Positions 1 through 8,841 of a DNA stretch of 64,000 nt are shown in pieces (position 1 is the stretch's first letter; each line of letters opens with the position of its first letter). Under the pieces are notes generated by a model. The model had not been told where the DNA came from, did no database searches, and saw only the letters and a list, made by a program, of their open reading frames with translations. This DNA is from Obrimoposthia wandeli (lineage: Eukaryota). The DNA is taken from assembly GCA_977020255.1 (NCBI GenBank), contig CDROCS010001101.1, positions 186,001 to 250,000 of the forward strand. The letters are read 5' to 3'. The translations under genes and the position numbers were made by a program.

Positions 1-101
1 CAATGAAGAAAGTGAATAGAAAATGGTTTGAAAAATTACTTTATTGCAGTATTTATGAATGTAATAACTGTAACCAAAAGATTAGACTTAAAAAGTCATA
101 G
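1..101 (+). CDS. 3' part of a small putative zinc-ribbon protein (probably truncated by the window edge)
   Basis: The frame from position 3 reads MKKVNRKWFEKLLYCSIYECNNCNQKIRLKKS* (TAG at 99-101). The R..K..YxCxxC pattern suggests the second knuckle of a Zn ribbon. Not in the ORF track. Confidence 0.4.
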   Translation, partial: MKKVNRKWFEKLLYCSIYECNNCNQKIRLKKS

Positions 102-227
102 TCAAAGAGTGTTAATGTTTCTGATAGCGCCTTATACTTCCCTACAGAGCAGCCGCCTGTCACCACTACCAGCGGCATGAAATACCATTCAATGTCGACG
201 TTAGTGCTTTCTAGTAGCGCACACAAA

Positions 228-289
228 GAACCCCGCTAACAGGGGCCAAACCTGTTATAACGGGGTTCAATTGGCCCTATTTTTAGGGC
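228..289 (-). terminator. Long imperfect hairpin plus a second short hairpin downstream of rmf
   Basis: GAACCCCG-C-TAACAGG/GGCCAAA/CCTGTTA-TAA-CGGGGTTC at 228-268, followed on the minus strand by TTTGT. Also GCCCT-ATTTTT-AGGGC at 274-289. Confidence 0.55.
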
Positions 290-309
290 TTTATTGTATC
301 TGTTAATCA

Positions 310-486
310 CTACTTCATGAAGAGTCCTGTTCCTCGAATCTCTTGTGCTTCACGCCATCCACCTAACCACTGTCCTCGCGAATCTGCGCTTTGAAATGGA
401 CAAACTTCATTCGAGCGGCCTGCTGTGCCAGCTTGATAGCCTTTCGAATATGCTCTTTCCAAACGATCTCGTTTTTGTCTCTTCAT
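310..486 (-). CDS. rmf: Ribosome modulation factor
   Basis: MKRQKRDRLERAYSKGYQAG...CPFQ...WLGGWREA is the RMF signature. Start moved to the ATG at 486, which has a GAGG RBS. Confidence 0.96.
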   Translation of the reverse strand: MKRQKRDRLERAYSKGYQAGTAGRSNEVCPFQSADSRGQWLGGWREAQEIRGTGLFMK

Positions 487-574
487 TCTAGATTCCTCAA
501 AAAATGTATAACTTAAAGCTGAGACTTTCCAAGCCTCAATTAAGTAATAGTGTAAGATATCCGACAAATCAAAT

Positions 575-609
575 AAAAAAAGCCACAGTAATTAAATTAC
601 TGTGGCTTT
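575..609 (-). terminator. Intrinsic terminator of the DUF3466-type gene
   Basis: Perfect stem GCCACAGTAAT/ATTACTGTGGC followed by a T7 run on the minus strand. Confidence 0.85.
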
Positions 610-639
610 CAAAGACAAGACATAATGTTTAGTGTTTAA

Positions 640-2454
640 TTAAACACGCTTAAAACGGCGGAATAAAAGCATCATGGTCGGTAATAGTATAAACCAACCC
701 ATACCAGCCCCACTACGCTCATAGTCTTCATCAGCTTTAATTGGACACTGAGACGATGTAGGTAAGTTAGCTAAATCATCCGATGTAATAGTCATTGATA
801 ATACAACTGGCGTTGAACCAACTCTATTTTTGTAGTTTTCAGCGTTTTTATAATCAAAACCATTAGCAACAATGGTATATGAAGCATTATCAGGATCACT
901 TGTCGTATTATCAGTGATACTAATTGCATTAGAAAAACGATATTTAACTGCACTATCGTCGATACCCTGACAATATAAATCATCTAAATAAGCAGATTTT
1001 TTATTCTTGTAATCATAGATGAATGCACTTTGGACACGTGCACTACCCTCGGCAGTCGGACTTGTTTCACCTCGCGCATCACGCCAACCAACAGCTAACC
1101 CGTCATTATTAATTTTGCTTACTTGTGAGTTAGCGCCTTTAATCGGGTTCTCCGCGAATGGGTAACGTGTTGTCCCTGTATTTAGGTTATAAGTGAAAAA
1201 CTCCGTTGCATAACTACGATTTTGTGATTGAGCATATTGACGATTGCCTACGACAACAAAAGCTTCGTTTACATTATCTTTACCTAGAGCGGTATTGAAG
1301 ATACCATCACTATTAACAACAGTATCAGTAATATCAACCGCAACAGTATTTCTGATAGCGTCATCAAAATCACTTACATCATCTCTCAGCTTAGTAATTT
1401 CAGTCATCTTATAGGTTAGTGATGACCCATCAGAGCTTACTTTTGGCTTAAAATAAACAGCTCGACCACGTCCACCACTATGGCTATTAAACGCTTGTTC
1501 GGTTGAAAAACCAACCCCGACACCTGAGTTATTCATAGAATAAGCGTTTGCCACGTAGGATGCATCACTATCATTATCTATCCATCCTGTAGCAGATGGA
1601 GTAAGGTATTTAACTGCAGATGCATTTGAACCATCAATTTCCCAATAGCTAGCCTGCAGATCAAAACCAGGACAATAATACAAATCATCAAAGTAAGCCC
1701 TATCATCATCAATAACGCTATTGTAACAGCGGTTAAACCTATCACTGTTGGAATCGGCAGAGCCCCAACGAACGCTAGATTGACCGAAAGCCAAACGCTT
1801 TGTATATGTTTGAGTGCTACCGATAACTTTAATATCGACCAACCCATATGCGCTACTAAAACCACCATTACTAGTAAAACTTGGTATTAATTCAACATCA
1901 ATATTAGTGGTCTGAACTGGAGAATTGTAAAATCCTCGGCGAACAATGCGCTGATTAGAGCTACTGTCGGTACCAAACCCAACAAAATCACTATCCTTAT
2001 TGATACCTGTGATTTTTCTCGACTCAGTTAAATTTGCAGTATCTCCTTGTACAGTGTTACTTACTACACTAGTAGTTTCTGATTTATAGTTACCATTTCT
2101 ATCTGCATAAGTACTTAAAATATTACGGCGCCAAGCATAAAGCCCATCACTTCCATCCCCACCTTGCTTACCGTCCCAAAACAACTCGCATACATCACTG
2201 TTGTATTGACAATATTCGTTGTATGTCCAAGGCGCACCTATATCATAAGTAAATTGCTGGCCATAAGTACTAGTATAAGTCGCTACGTTTGTAGTAGCGA
2301 CTGCTGTACTAGATGTATCCATAGCTGATACAAATGGTCCAAATTTATTGCTGCCTTGAATTGCAATTGGCGGATCACTAATGTCAACAGCCATTGCATT
2401 CGAACAGAATAAGAGACTAATAATCCCTGCTAATTTAGTCTTTTTTAAAAGCAT
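640..2454 (-). CDS. DUF3466-family exported protein with C-terminal GlyGly-CTERM (rhombosortase) signal
   Basis: N-terminal signal peptide (..SNAMA). C-terminus SGAGMGW + hydrophobic stretch + RRFKRV. Sits between rmf and uup, as DUF3466 does in vibrios. Confidence 0.8.
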   Translation of the reverse strand: MLLKKTKLAGIISLLFCSNAMAVDISDPPIAIQGSNKFGPFVSAMDTSSTAVATTNVATYTSTYGQQFTYDIGAPWTYNEYCQYNSDVCELFWDGKQGGDGSDGLYAWRRNILSTYADRNGNYKSETTSVVSNTVQGDTANLTESRKITGINKDSDFVGFGTDSSSNQRIVRRGFYNSPVQTTNIDVELIPSFTSNGGFSSAYGLVDIKVIGSTQTYTKRLAFGQSSVRWGSADSNSDRFNRCYNSVIDDDRAYFDDLYYCPGFDLQASYWEIDGSNASAVKYLTPSATGWIDNDSDASYVANAYSMNNSGVGVGFSTEQAFNSHSGGRGRAVYFKPKVSSDGSSLTYKMTEITKLRDDVSDFDDAIRNTVAVDITDTVVNSDGIFNTALGKDNVNEAFVVVGNRQYAQSQNRSYATEFFTYNLNTGTTRYPFAENPIKGANSQVSKINNDGLAVGWRDARGETSPTAEGSARVQSAFIYDYKNKKSAYLDDLYCQGIDDSAVKYRFSNAISITDNTTSDPDNASYTIVANGFDYKNAENYKNRVGSTPVVLSMTITSDDLANLPTSSQCPIKADEDYERSGAGMGWFILLPTMMLLFRRFKRV

Positions 2455-2469
2455 TATGTTTAAGTTTCC

Positions 2470-4374
2470 TTAGCCTTTCATTTCTTCTAGCTCTTCCCAA
2501 CGAGTGAAAGCAGTCTCTAGTTCTTGCTCTTTACTTGCAAGTTTTTCAAGCATTGCTTTCGATTCATCAGCTGGCTTATTAAAGAATTCAGGTTGATTAA
2601 TTTCAGCTTGCAAAGTTTCAACTAATTCTTCCAGTTGTTCCATTTTTGCAGGCAGTTTTTCGAGTTCAACTTGTATGTTATACGGCAGTTTTTTAGCTTT
2701 AACTGCTTTAGCTGGTTTCTCTTTTTTTACTGATGTATCAACGACAGCAGCTTTTGGCTTTGCTGACATAGATTGTGTATTTGCTTGTTGATTCTTAGCA
2801 TCATGGTAACCACCAACAAAGTTAGTGATGTTACCTTCACCATCAAAAATCCAGCAGCTTTCTACTGTGTTATCGATAAAGTTACGATCATGGCTTACTA
2901 ATAATAACGTACCCTGATAATTGGCAAGTAATTCTTCTAAAAGTTCCAATGTTTCGATATCTAAATCATTTGTTGGTTCATCCATAATCAAAAGATTAGA
3001 TGGTTTTAGGAATAACTTAGCTAATAATAGACGGTTACGCTCACCACCAGACAATACTTTTACCGGAGTACGAGCACGTTGTGGGTGGAATAAGAAGTCT
3101 TGTAAGTAACCTAGTGCATGACGTGGTTTACCGTTAACAACAACTTCTTGTTTACCGTCAGCTAAATTATCGATTACTGTTTTTTCAAGATCAAGCTCTG
3201 TACGATGTTGATCGAAGTAAGATACTTCTAATTTAGTACCGCATTTAAGAAGACCAGACTGTGGTACTAACTCTTCAAGTAATAATTTGATTAATGTACT
3301 TTTACCACAACCATTTGGACCAACAAATGCAATTTTGTCGCCACGCATAATATTAAAGGTAAAATCATTAACAATTTGCTTGTTCTCGTAACCGTATGTA
3401 ACGTTTTCACCTTCAAAGATACGCTTACCTGAACGAGAAGTCTCATCAACTGTGATCTTCGCTTTACCTTGTACGTTCAAGCGGTCGCTACGTTCGTTAC
3501 GCATTTCTTTAAGCGCTTTAACACGGCCTTCATTACGTGTACGACGGGCTTTAACACCTTGACGGATCCACACTTCTTCTTGTGCTAAACGTTTATCGAA
3601 TAACGCATTTTGTTCGTCTTCTACACGTAATGCTTCTTCCTTACCTACAATGTATTCATCATAGTTACCAGGGAAAGACATCAAGTTACCACGGTCGATA
3701 TCAATAATACGTGTTGCCATAGAACGAATGAAACTTCTATCATGGCTTACGAAGATAATTGTACCGGCGAAGTCTTTTAAGAATTCTTCTAACCAAAGGA
3801 TAGATTCAATGTCCAAGTGGTTTGTTGGTTCATCAAGTAATAAGATATCAGGCTTGCTTGCTAGTGCACGCGCTAATGCTGCACGACGTAACCAACCACC
3901 CGACAAATCATCAAGCATCATATCAGCGTCTAAATCTAGACGTGTTAGTACTTGTTCAATGTTTTGCTCAAACTCCCAACCGTTACGGTTATCAAGTTCT
4001 TCTTGAAGACGCATTAATTTGTTTAATGCTTTTTCACTGTAATCTTCACCTACAAGGATTGCTTGGTGATGGTAGTCTTTTAGCACTTGACCGATGTCAG
4101 CTAAACCGCCCGCAACAAAATCAAAAATTGTAACGCCACTTACTTTCGGTGGATCTTGCTCTAAACGAGATACAACAGCATCTTGTTCAATACGCAATAC
4201 GCCATCATCAAGTTGGATTTCGCCGCCGATAACTTTCATCATTGTCGATTTACCAGCACCATTACGACCCACAAGACATACGCGCTCTTTGCGTTCGAAT
4301 ACAGCATCTGCATGGTTTAATAACGGTAGGTCGCCAAAGGCAAGACAAGCATTTTGTAACGTGATAACAGCCAC
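2470..4374 (-). CDS. uup: ABC-F ATPase Uup
   Basis: Two ABC cassettes (GRNGAGKST, LSGGW, DEPTNHLD; GPNGCGKST, LSGGE, DEPTNDLD), no TM segments, C-terminal coiled coil. Confidence 0.93.
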   Translation of the reverse strand: MAVITLQNACLAFGDLPLLNHADAVFERKERVCLVGRNGAGKSTMMKVIGGEIQLDDGVLRIEQDAVVSRLEQDPPKVSGVTIFDFVAGGLADIGQVLKDYHHQAILVGEDYSEKALNKLMRLQEELDNRNGWEFEQNIEQVLTRLDLDADMMLDDLSGGWLRRAALARALASKPDILLLDEPTNHLDIESILWLEEFLKDFAGTIIFVSHDRSFIRSMATRIIDIDRGNLMSFPGNYDEYIVGKEEALRVEDEQNALFDKRLAQEEVWIRQGVKARRTRNEGRVKALKEMRNERSDRLNVQGKAKITVDETSRSGKRIFEGENVTYGYENKQIVNDFTFNIMRGDKIAFVGPNGCGKSTLIKLLLEELVPQSGLLKCGTKLEVSYFDQHRTELDLEKTVIDNLADGKQEVVVNGKPRHALGYLQDFLFHPQRARTPVKVLSGGERNRLLLAKLFLKPSNLLIMDEPTNDLDIETLELLEELLANYQGTLLLVSHDRNFIDNTVESCWIFDGEGNITNFVGGYHDAKNQQANTQSMSAKPKAAVVDTSVKKEKPAKAVKAKKLPYNIQVELEKLPAKMEQLEELVETLQAEINQPEFFNKPADESKAMLEKLASKEQELETAFTRWEELEEMKG

Positions 4375-4555
4375 GGTAATTCCTTAATAAAATAATTTAT
4401 TGTTCTTCGTTGAAAATTCAAACCGAAGAAACAAGCAGTTAGTTAGATTCTAACATAAAGTTGTAAAATAGAAAAAATCCGAGCATAACTATTCATTTAA
4501 AAGGAATAAAAAATTCACTTTGTAATTGAAAGAGGCTCGGATTTAATCAAATAAA

Positions 4556-4792
4556 TCAGTATTGGTTGATAAAATCAGCTAATTCTGTCACATCAAAAGG
4601 CCAACCAATTTCCTTATCAGTTTCACAGTCCCTAATCACAGGGATACGAACACCATAACGGGCAATATCTGCCTCGTCGTGAATAATCTCAATTGGTGTC
4701 ATGTCGTTAACTAAGTCTAGCGCAATAACGAGCGCCCAGGCTTGTTCACATAAATGACAACCTTCTGTTGTGTAGAACGCGAATTTAGTCAT
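4556..4792 (-). CDS. Glutaredoxin-like (DUF836) protein
   Basis: YTTEGCHLCE (CxxC) ... YGVRIPV ... WPFD. The ATG at 4792 overlaps the rlmKL stop (TAATG). Confidence 0.85.
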   Translation of the reverse strand: MTKFAFYTTEGCHLCEQAWALVIALDLVNDMTPIEIIHDEADIARYGVRIPVIRDCETDKEIGWPFDVTELADFINQY

Positions 4793-6924
4793 TAACCTAC
4801 ACGCGTTACAAGCCAGCAATTGTTGATGTTCTTGTTACGAGCGAAATCTTTAGAACGGTTTTGTTCAGTAATATTTTTTGCTTTTAAACCTAGTTTTTCT
4901 AACGCTTCAGTATCTAATTTAAAGTTACGTTTGTTGTTAGAGAAAACAATCTCACCACGAGCTGAAAGGATGTTTTCTAGCCAAGTGAATAACTGAATAT
5001 GATCACGTTCAACATCAAAGCTGTCTTCCATACGCTTTGAGTTTGAGAATGTTGGTGGATCAATAAAGATAAGGTCAAACTTGTCTTCACAACGAGCCAA
5101 CCAAGCTAAGCAATCTGCTTGTACAACTTCGTGCTTGCGCATGCTGATGTTGTTTAACTCAAAGTTACGTTTAGCCCAATCAAGGTAAGTATTAGACATA
5201 TCTACCGTTACAGATGATTCAGCGCCACCAAGGATTGCATGTACACTTGCACTACCCGTGTATGAGAACAAGTTTAAGAAACGTTTACCGGCACTCATTT
5301 CACCTAACATACGACGCGTTAAACGGTGATCAATGAATAAACCTGTATCAAGGTAATCTTTCACGTTCACTTCAAATTCAGCGCCATATTCATTTACGGT
5401 AAATACAGACTTAACCTGTTGCAGTTTTTCGTACTGGTTATTACCTTTCTGCTTTTGGCGTACTTTTAATACTAGTTTGTTTGGATCAATGCCTGTTACA
5501 TCAAGCGTTACAGCAACAATATCCATGATACGTTGTTTTGCTTTCTGCTCTGGTACATCTTTCGGTGCTTGATATTCTTGTACTACAATCCACTCACCAT
5601 ACATATCGATAGCGGCATTGTAGTTTGGTAAATCAGCATCGTACAGACGGTAGCAGTTAACGTTTTCTTTTTTAGCCCATTTTGATAACAGTTTGATATT
5701 TTTCTTCAAACGGTTACGGAAATCTTCCGCAAAACCAGGTGTCATCTGTGTTTCAACATGCGCTTGTACTTGACGTGCAACCGATGAGATTTGATAAAGT
5801 TTAAGGAAACACTCAAGGCCACCATTAAACAATTTGTATTGTTTGTTGGCACGCATGCCTAAACGAGACAGTAAATCAGGGTTTGATGAGAAGAACGCAA
5901 CGTTCCAACCAGAGAATTCACTCTTTAATCGCTCACCTAATACTTGGTGTAAAACAATCAGTTCTGGTTGCTCACCCATACGTTCACCATACGGAGGGTT
6001 ACAAATTAATGTACCTTCACTAGTGAAATCGTTAACCAAATCTTTCGCATCACCGGTTTCTAATTCAATCACATGCTCTAGACCAGCAGCGCGCACGTTG
6101 GCTTTTGCTTGGTCAAGTACACGCCAGCTTTTATCAAAGCCGTATACTTTTAGATCTGTATTCGCGATATTTTTACGTGCTTGGTATTTAGCTTGTGCAA
6201 CTAACTCTTCCCAACCTGATTGATCGTAATCATTCAGCTGTTGGAAACAATAACGTGAACGTAAAATACCTGCTGGTACTTTAAGCGCCATTAATGCAGC
6301 TTCAATTAGTAGCGTTGCAGAACCACACATAGGATCCACTAATAAACCATCAGTGTAACCACTACGTTTAATGATTGCGGCTGCTAAGTTTTCTTTCAAT
6401 GGTGCCGCGCCAGTACCTTGACGGTAACCGCGTTGGTGCAAACCGTTACCACATAAATCAAGAGACAGTGTCGCGTCTTCACGACGAATATGCAGGTGAA
6501 TACGCACATCAGGGTCGTTTTTCGCTACGTTTGGACGCTCGCCTACGCTTTTAGTAAAACGATCAACGATACCATCTTTCACTTTCAACGCACCGAACTG
6601 AGTATCACGGATGCTGTCGTTAGTACCAGAGCAAGAAACGGCAAAGGTCTTATCAAGATCAAAGATTTTGTCCCAATGCATACCAGTTACCGCAAGGTAA
6701 AGATCTAAAACATCGAAAATTTTAAATGTTTTTAATTGCAAGGTCACTCGAGATGCTAAGCGGCTCCACAAACAAATTTTATACGCTGTTAATTGAGTAG
6801 ATTTAAATGCGACACCAGCCATTGTTTCACGGCAGTCTTGTGCGCCAAGTTCAATTAGCTCTTCTTTAAGCAGAAGTTCTAAACCCTTAGGGGAAGAAGC
6901 AAAATAAGTGTTGAGTTTAGTCAA
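4792..6924 (-). CDS. rlmKL: Bifunctional 23S rRNA m2G2445/m7G2069 methyltransferase RlmKL
   Basis: THUMP region, LHQRGYR, APLKENLAAA, NPPYGER, second MTase domain with DTGLFIDHR and DPPTFS. TTG start. Confidence 0.96.
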   Translation of the reverse strand: MTKLNTYFASSPKGLELLLKEELIELGAQDCRETMAGVAFKSTQLTAYKICLWSRLASRVTLQLKTFKIFDVLDLYLAVTGMHWDKIFDLDKTFAVSCSGTNDSIRDTQFGALKVKDGIVDRFTKSVGERPNVAKNDPDVRIHLHIRREDATLSLDLCGNGLHQRGYRQGTGAAPLKENLAAAIIKRSGYTDGLLVDPMCGSATLLIEAALMALKVPAGILRSRYCFQQLNDYDQSGWEELVAQAKYQARKNIANTDLKVYGFDKSWRVLDQAKANVRAAGLEHVIELETGDAKDLVNDFTSEGTLICNPPYGERMGEQPELIVLHQVLGERLKSEFSGWNVAFFSSNPDLLSRLGMRANKQYKLFNGGLECFLKLYQISSVARQVQAHVETQMTPGFAEDFRNRLKKNIKLLSKWAKKENVNCYRLYDADLPNYNAAIDMYGEWIVVQEYQAPKDVPEQKAKQRIMDIVAVTLDVTGIDPNKLVLKVRQKQKGNNQYEKLQQVKSVFTVNEYGAEFEVNVKDYLDTGLFIDHRLTRRMLGEMSAGKRFLNLFSYTGSASVHAILGGAESSVTVDMSNTYLDWAKRNFELNNISMRKHEVVQADCLAWLARCEDKFDLIFIDPPTFSNSKRMEDSFDVERDHIQLFTWLENILSARGEIVFSNNKRNFKLDTEALEKLGLKAKNITEQNRSKDFARNKNINNCWLVTRVG

Positions 6925-7079
6925 TTTGAAAGCCTATATTATTTCGAGATACTCTCTAGTAAAAAAGAAAGTAAGCAATGTGATTATTAATGGGGGCAAA
7001 TTATACCACGCAGCCTTATAGTCGCATAGTCATGTTGGGGAAATTGTTAGATAATCGGGGAGTTTATTGCTAGATTATT

Positions 7080-7640
7080 TTATGCCATGTTCTGAACGTA
7101 GGAAAATGAATCATCTGTTAATTGTTTTGCAACAATTGGTTGCAGTTGTACACGATCGTTCATGACGCGGATAACGTCAAATTTGGATAATGTCTTCATG
7201 TCAGACAGCTTTATTGTGTCTTCTAATAGCATGCAAGTCGATACACGTTCGTCTGCTTCAAGTACAACAAATTGAACCTGAGTAGCTCGTAAAGATAAAG
7301 TGATTAAATCACCTGTGCTAAACGATGTGTCTAAGTTTTTATAATCGAAGAACCAGCTTTGGGGCATTTTAACTTTTTGAAAACGCAGGCTAGTTACTGC
7401 ATTTAATGCAATCTGTACTTTTTCAGGCACACTAATAGCTAAATCTTTAAGCGCTTCTAAGAAATAGTAATAATAGCTTGAATCTTCTGCGCAAAAGTTA
7501 ATCCGTCCTTTGCACAAATTGTTCATATTGCGTTTGTCTAAATGGCAAGACATTGCAAGTCCATCGGATAATTGAATAACGATGTTTTGACTTACGCAGT
7601 CATATTGCCAATACCACTTATTGCTCGGTTCTAGTAACAT
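7080..7640 (-). CDS. zapC: Cell division protein ZapC
   Basis: MLLEPSNKWYWQYD N-terminus, MPQSWFF, KVMNDR-like C-terminal motif, located between rlmKL and pyrD. Confidence 0.85.
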   Translation of the reverse strand: MLLEPSNKWYWQYDCVSQNIVIQLSDGLAMSCHLDKRNMNNLCKGRINFCAEDSSYYYYFLEALKDLAISVPEKVQIALNAVTSLRFQKVKMPQSWFFDYKNLDTSFSTGDLITLSLRATQVQFVVLEADERVSTCMLLEDTIKLSDMKTLSKFDVIRVMNDRVQLQPIVAKQLTDDSFSYVQNMA

Positions 7641-7740
7641 CCTGATACCAGTAATGTAATTAACTACTCACTAGTGTAACTACACCCGTTCTATAAGTAA
7701 ATAGGTGTAACAGAAAAATAGACTAAAACCAAGCGTAAAA

Positions 7741-8751
7741 TTACAGGTTTTTTACAATATTTTTAACTAATTTAGGGCCTTTATAGATAAAACCACTATA
7801 TACCTGTACTAATTCTGCACCAGCGACAAATTTTTCTTTTGCCGAAACCACTGAATCGATGCCGCCTACCCCGATAATCGGTAATTGACCATCAAGTAAT
7901 ATCGCAAGTTTACGTACAATCTCAGTACTTGCATGTTGCACTGGACGTCCACTTAGACCACCCGCTTCACACGCATGTGGCATATCATGTACCAAGGTTC
8001 TATCTAACGTCGTATTTGTCGCAATCACACCATCCATTTTATACTTAACTAATGACTCTGCAACTTGTGCTAGTTCGTCATCGGTTAAATCAGGGGCAAT
8101 CTTCACAGCTAAAGGTACATACTTCTCATATTTCTTCGTCAATTCAGATTGGCGATCTTTAAGACAACTCAATAAGCTATCCAAAGCTTCACCATACTGT
8201 AGCGTACGTAGCCCAGGTGTGTTTGGTGACGAAATATTAATGGTAATATAAGACGCGTGTTGATAAACCTTATCCATACAAATAAGGTAATCATCGTTAC
8301 CTTTTTCGATCGGTGTATCTTTATTCTTACCAATGTTGATACCTAAAATGCCTTTGTAGTTAGCATTTTTAACGTTTTCAATTAGCGCATCAACACCAGC
8401 GTTATTGAAACCCATACGGTTAATGATTGCTTCAGCTTCAGTGATACGGAAGATACGTGGCTTTTCGTTACCGTCTTGTGGACGCGGTGTAACAGTACCA
8501 ACTTCGATGAAACCAAAACCCATTGCAGCAAAGGCATCGATACACTCGCCATTTTTATCAAGACCGGCAGCTAAGCCAACAGGGTTATCAAATGTGAGTC
8601 CCATTACTGTCACTGGTTTACTTGGTAATTTCTGCGAATATAAGCAACTTAAAGGAGTAGAACCCGTTAATTTTAACCCTTTGATTGTCATTTCATGCAC
8701 TACTTCTGGATCTTGCATAAAGAAAAATTCACGTGCAATACGATATAACAT
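7741..8751 (-). CDS. pyrD: Quinone-dependent dihydroorotate dehydrogenase
   Basis: [37 protein letters not shown]. Confidence 0.97.
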   Translation of the reverse strand: MLYRIAREFFFMQDPEVVHEMTIKGLKLTGSTPLSCLYSQKLPSKPVTVMGLTFDNPVGLAAGLDKNGECIDAFAAMGFGFIEVGTVTPRPQDGNEKPRIFRITEAEAIINRMGFNNAGVDALIENVKNANYKGILGINIGKNKDTPIEKGNDDYLICMDKVYQHASYITINISSPNTPGLRTLQYGEALDSLLSCLKDRQSELTKKYEKYVPLAVKIAPDLTDDELAQVAESLVKYKMDGVIATNTTLDRTLVHDMPHACEAGGLSGRPVQHASTEIVRKLAILLDGQLPIIGVGGIDSVVSAKEKFVAGAELVQVYSGFIYKGPKLVKNIVKNL

Positions 8752-8765
8752 TTTCTATTCCTCAT

Positions 8766-8791
8766 AAAAAAGCACTGTATCAACAGTGCTT
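8766..8791 (-). terminator. Terminator between gdh and pyrD
   Basis: GCACTGT-ATCA-ACAGTGC with a T6 run on the minus strand. Confidence 0.7.
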
Positions 8792-8841
8792 CATAATTAA
8801 ATCATTTTAATTGTATGCCTACGCAAACATCAATTTACTTG

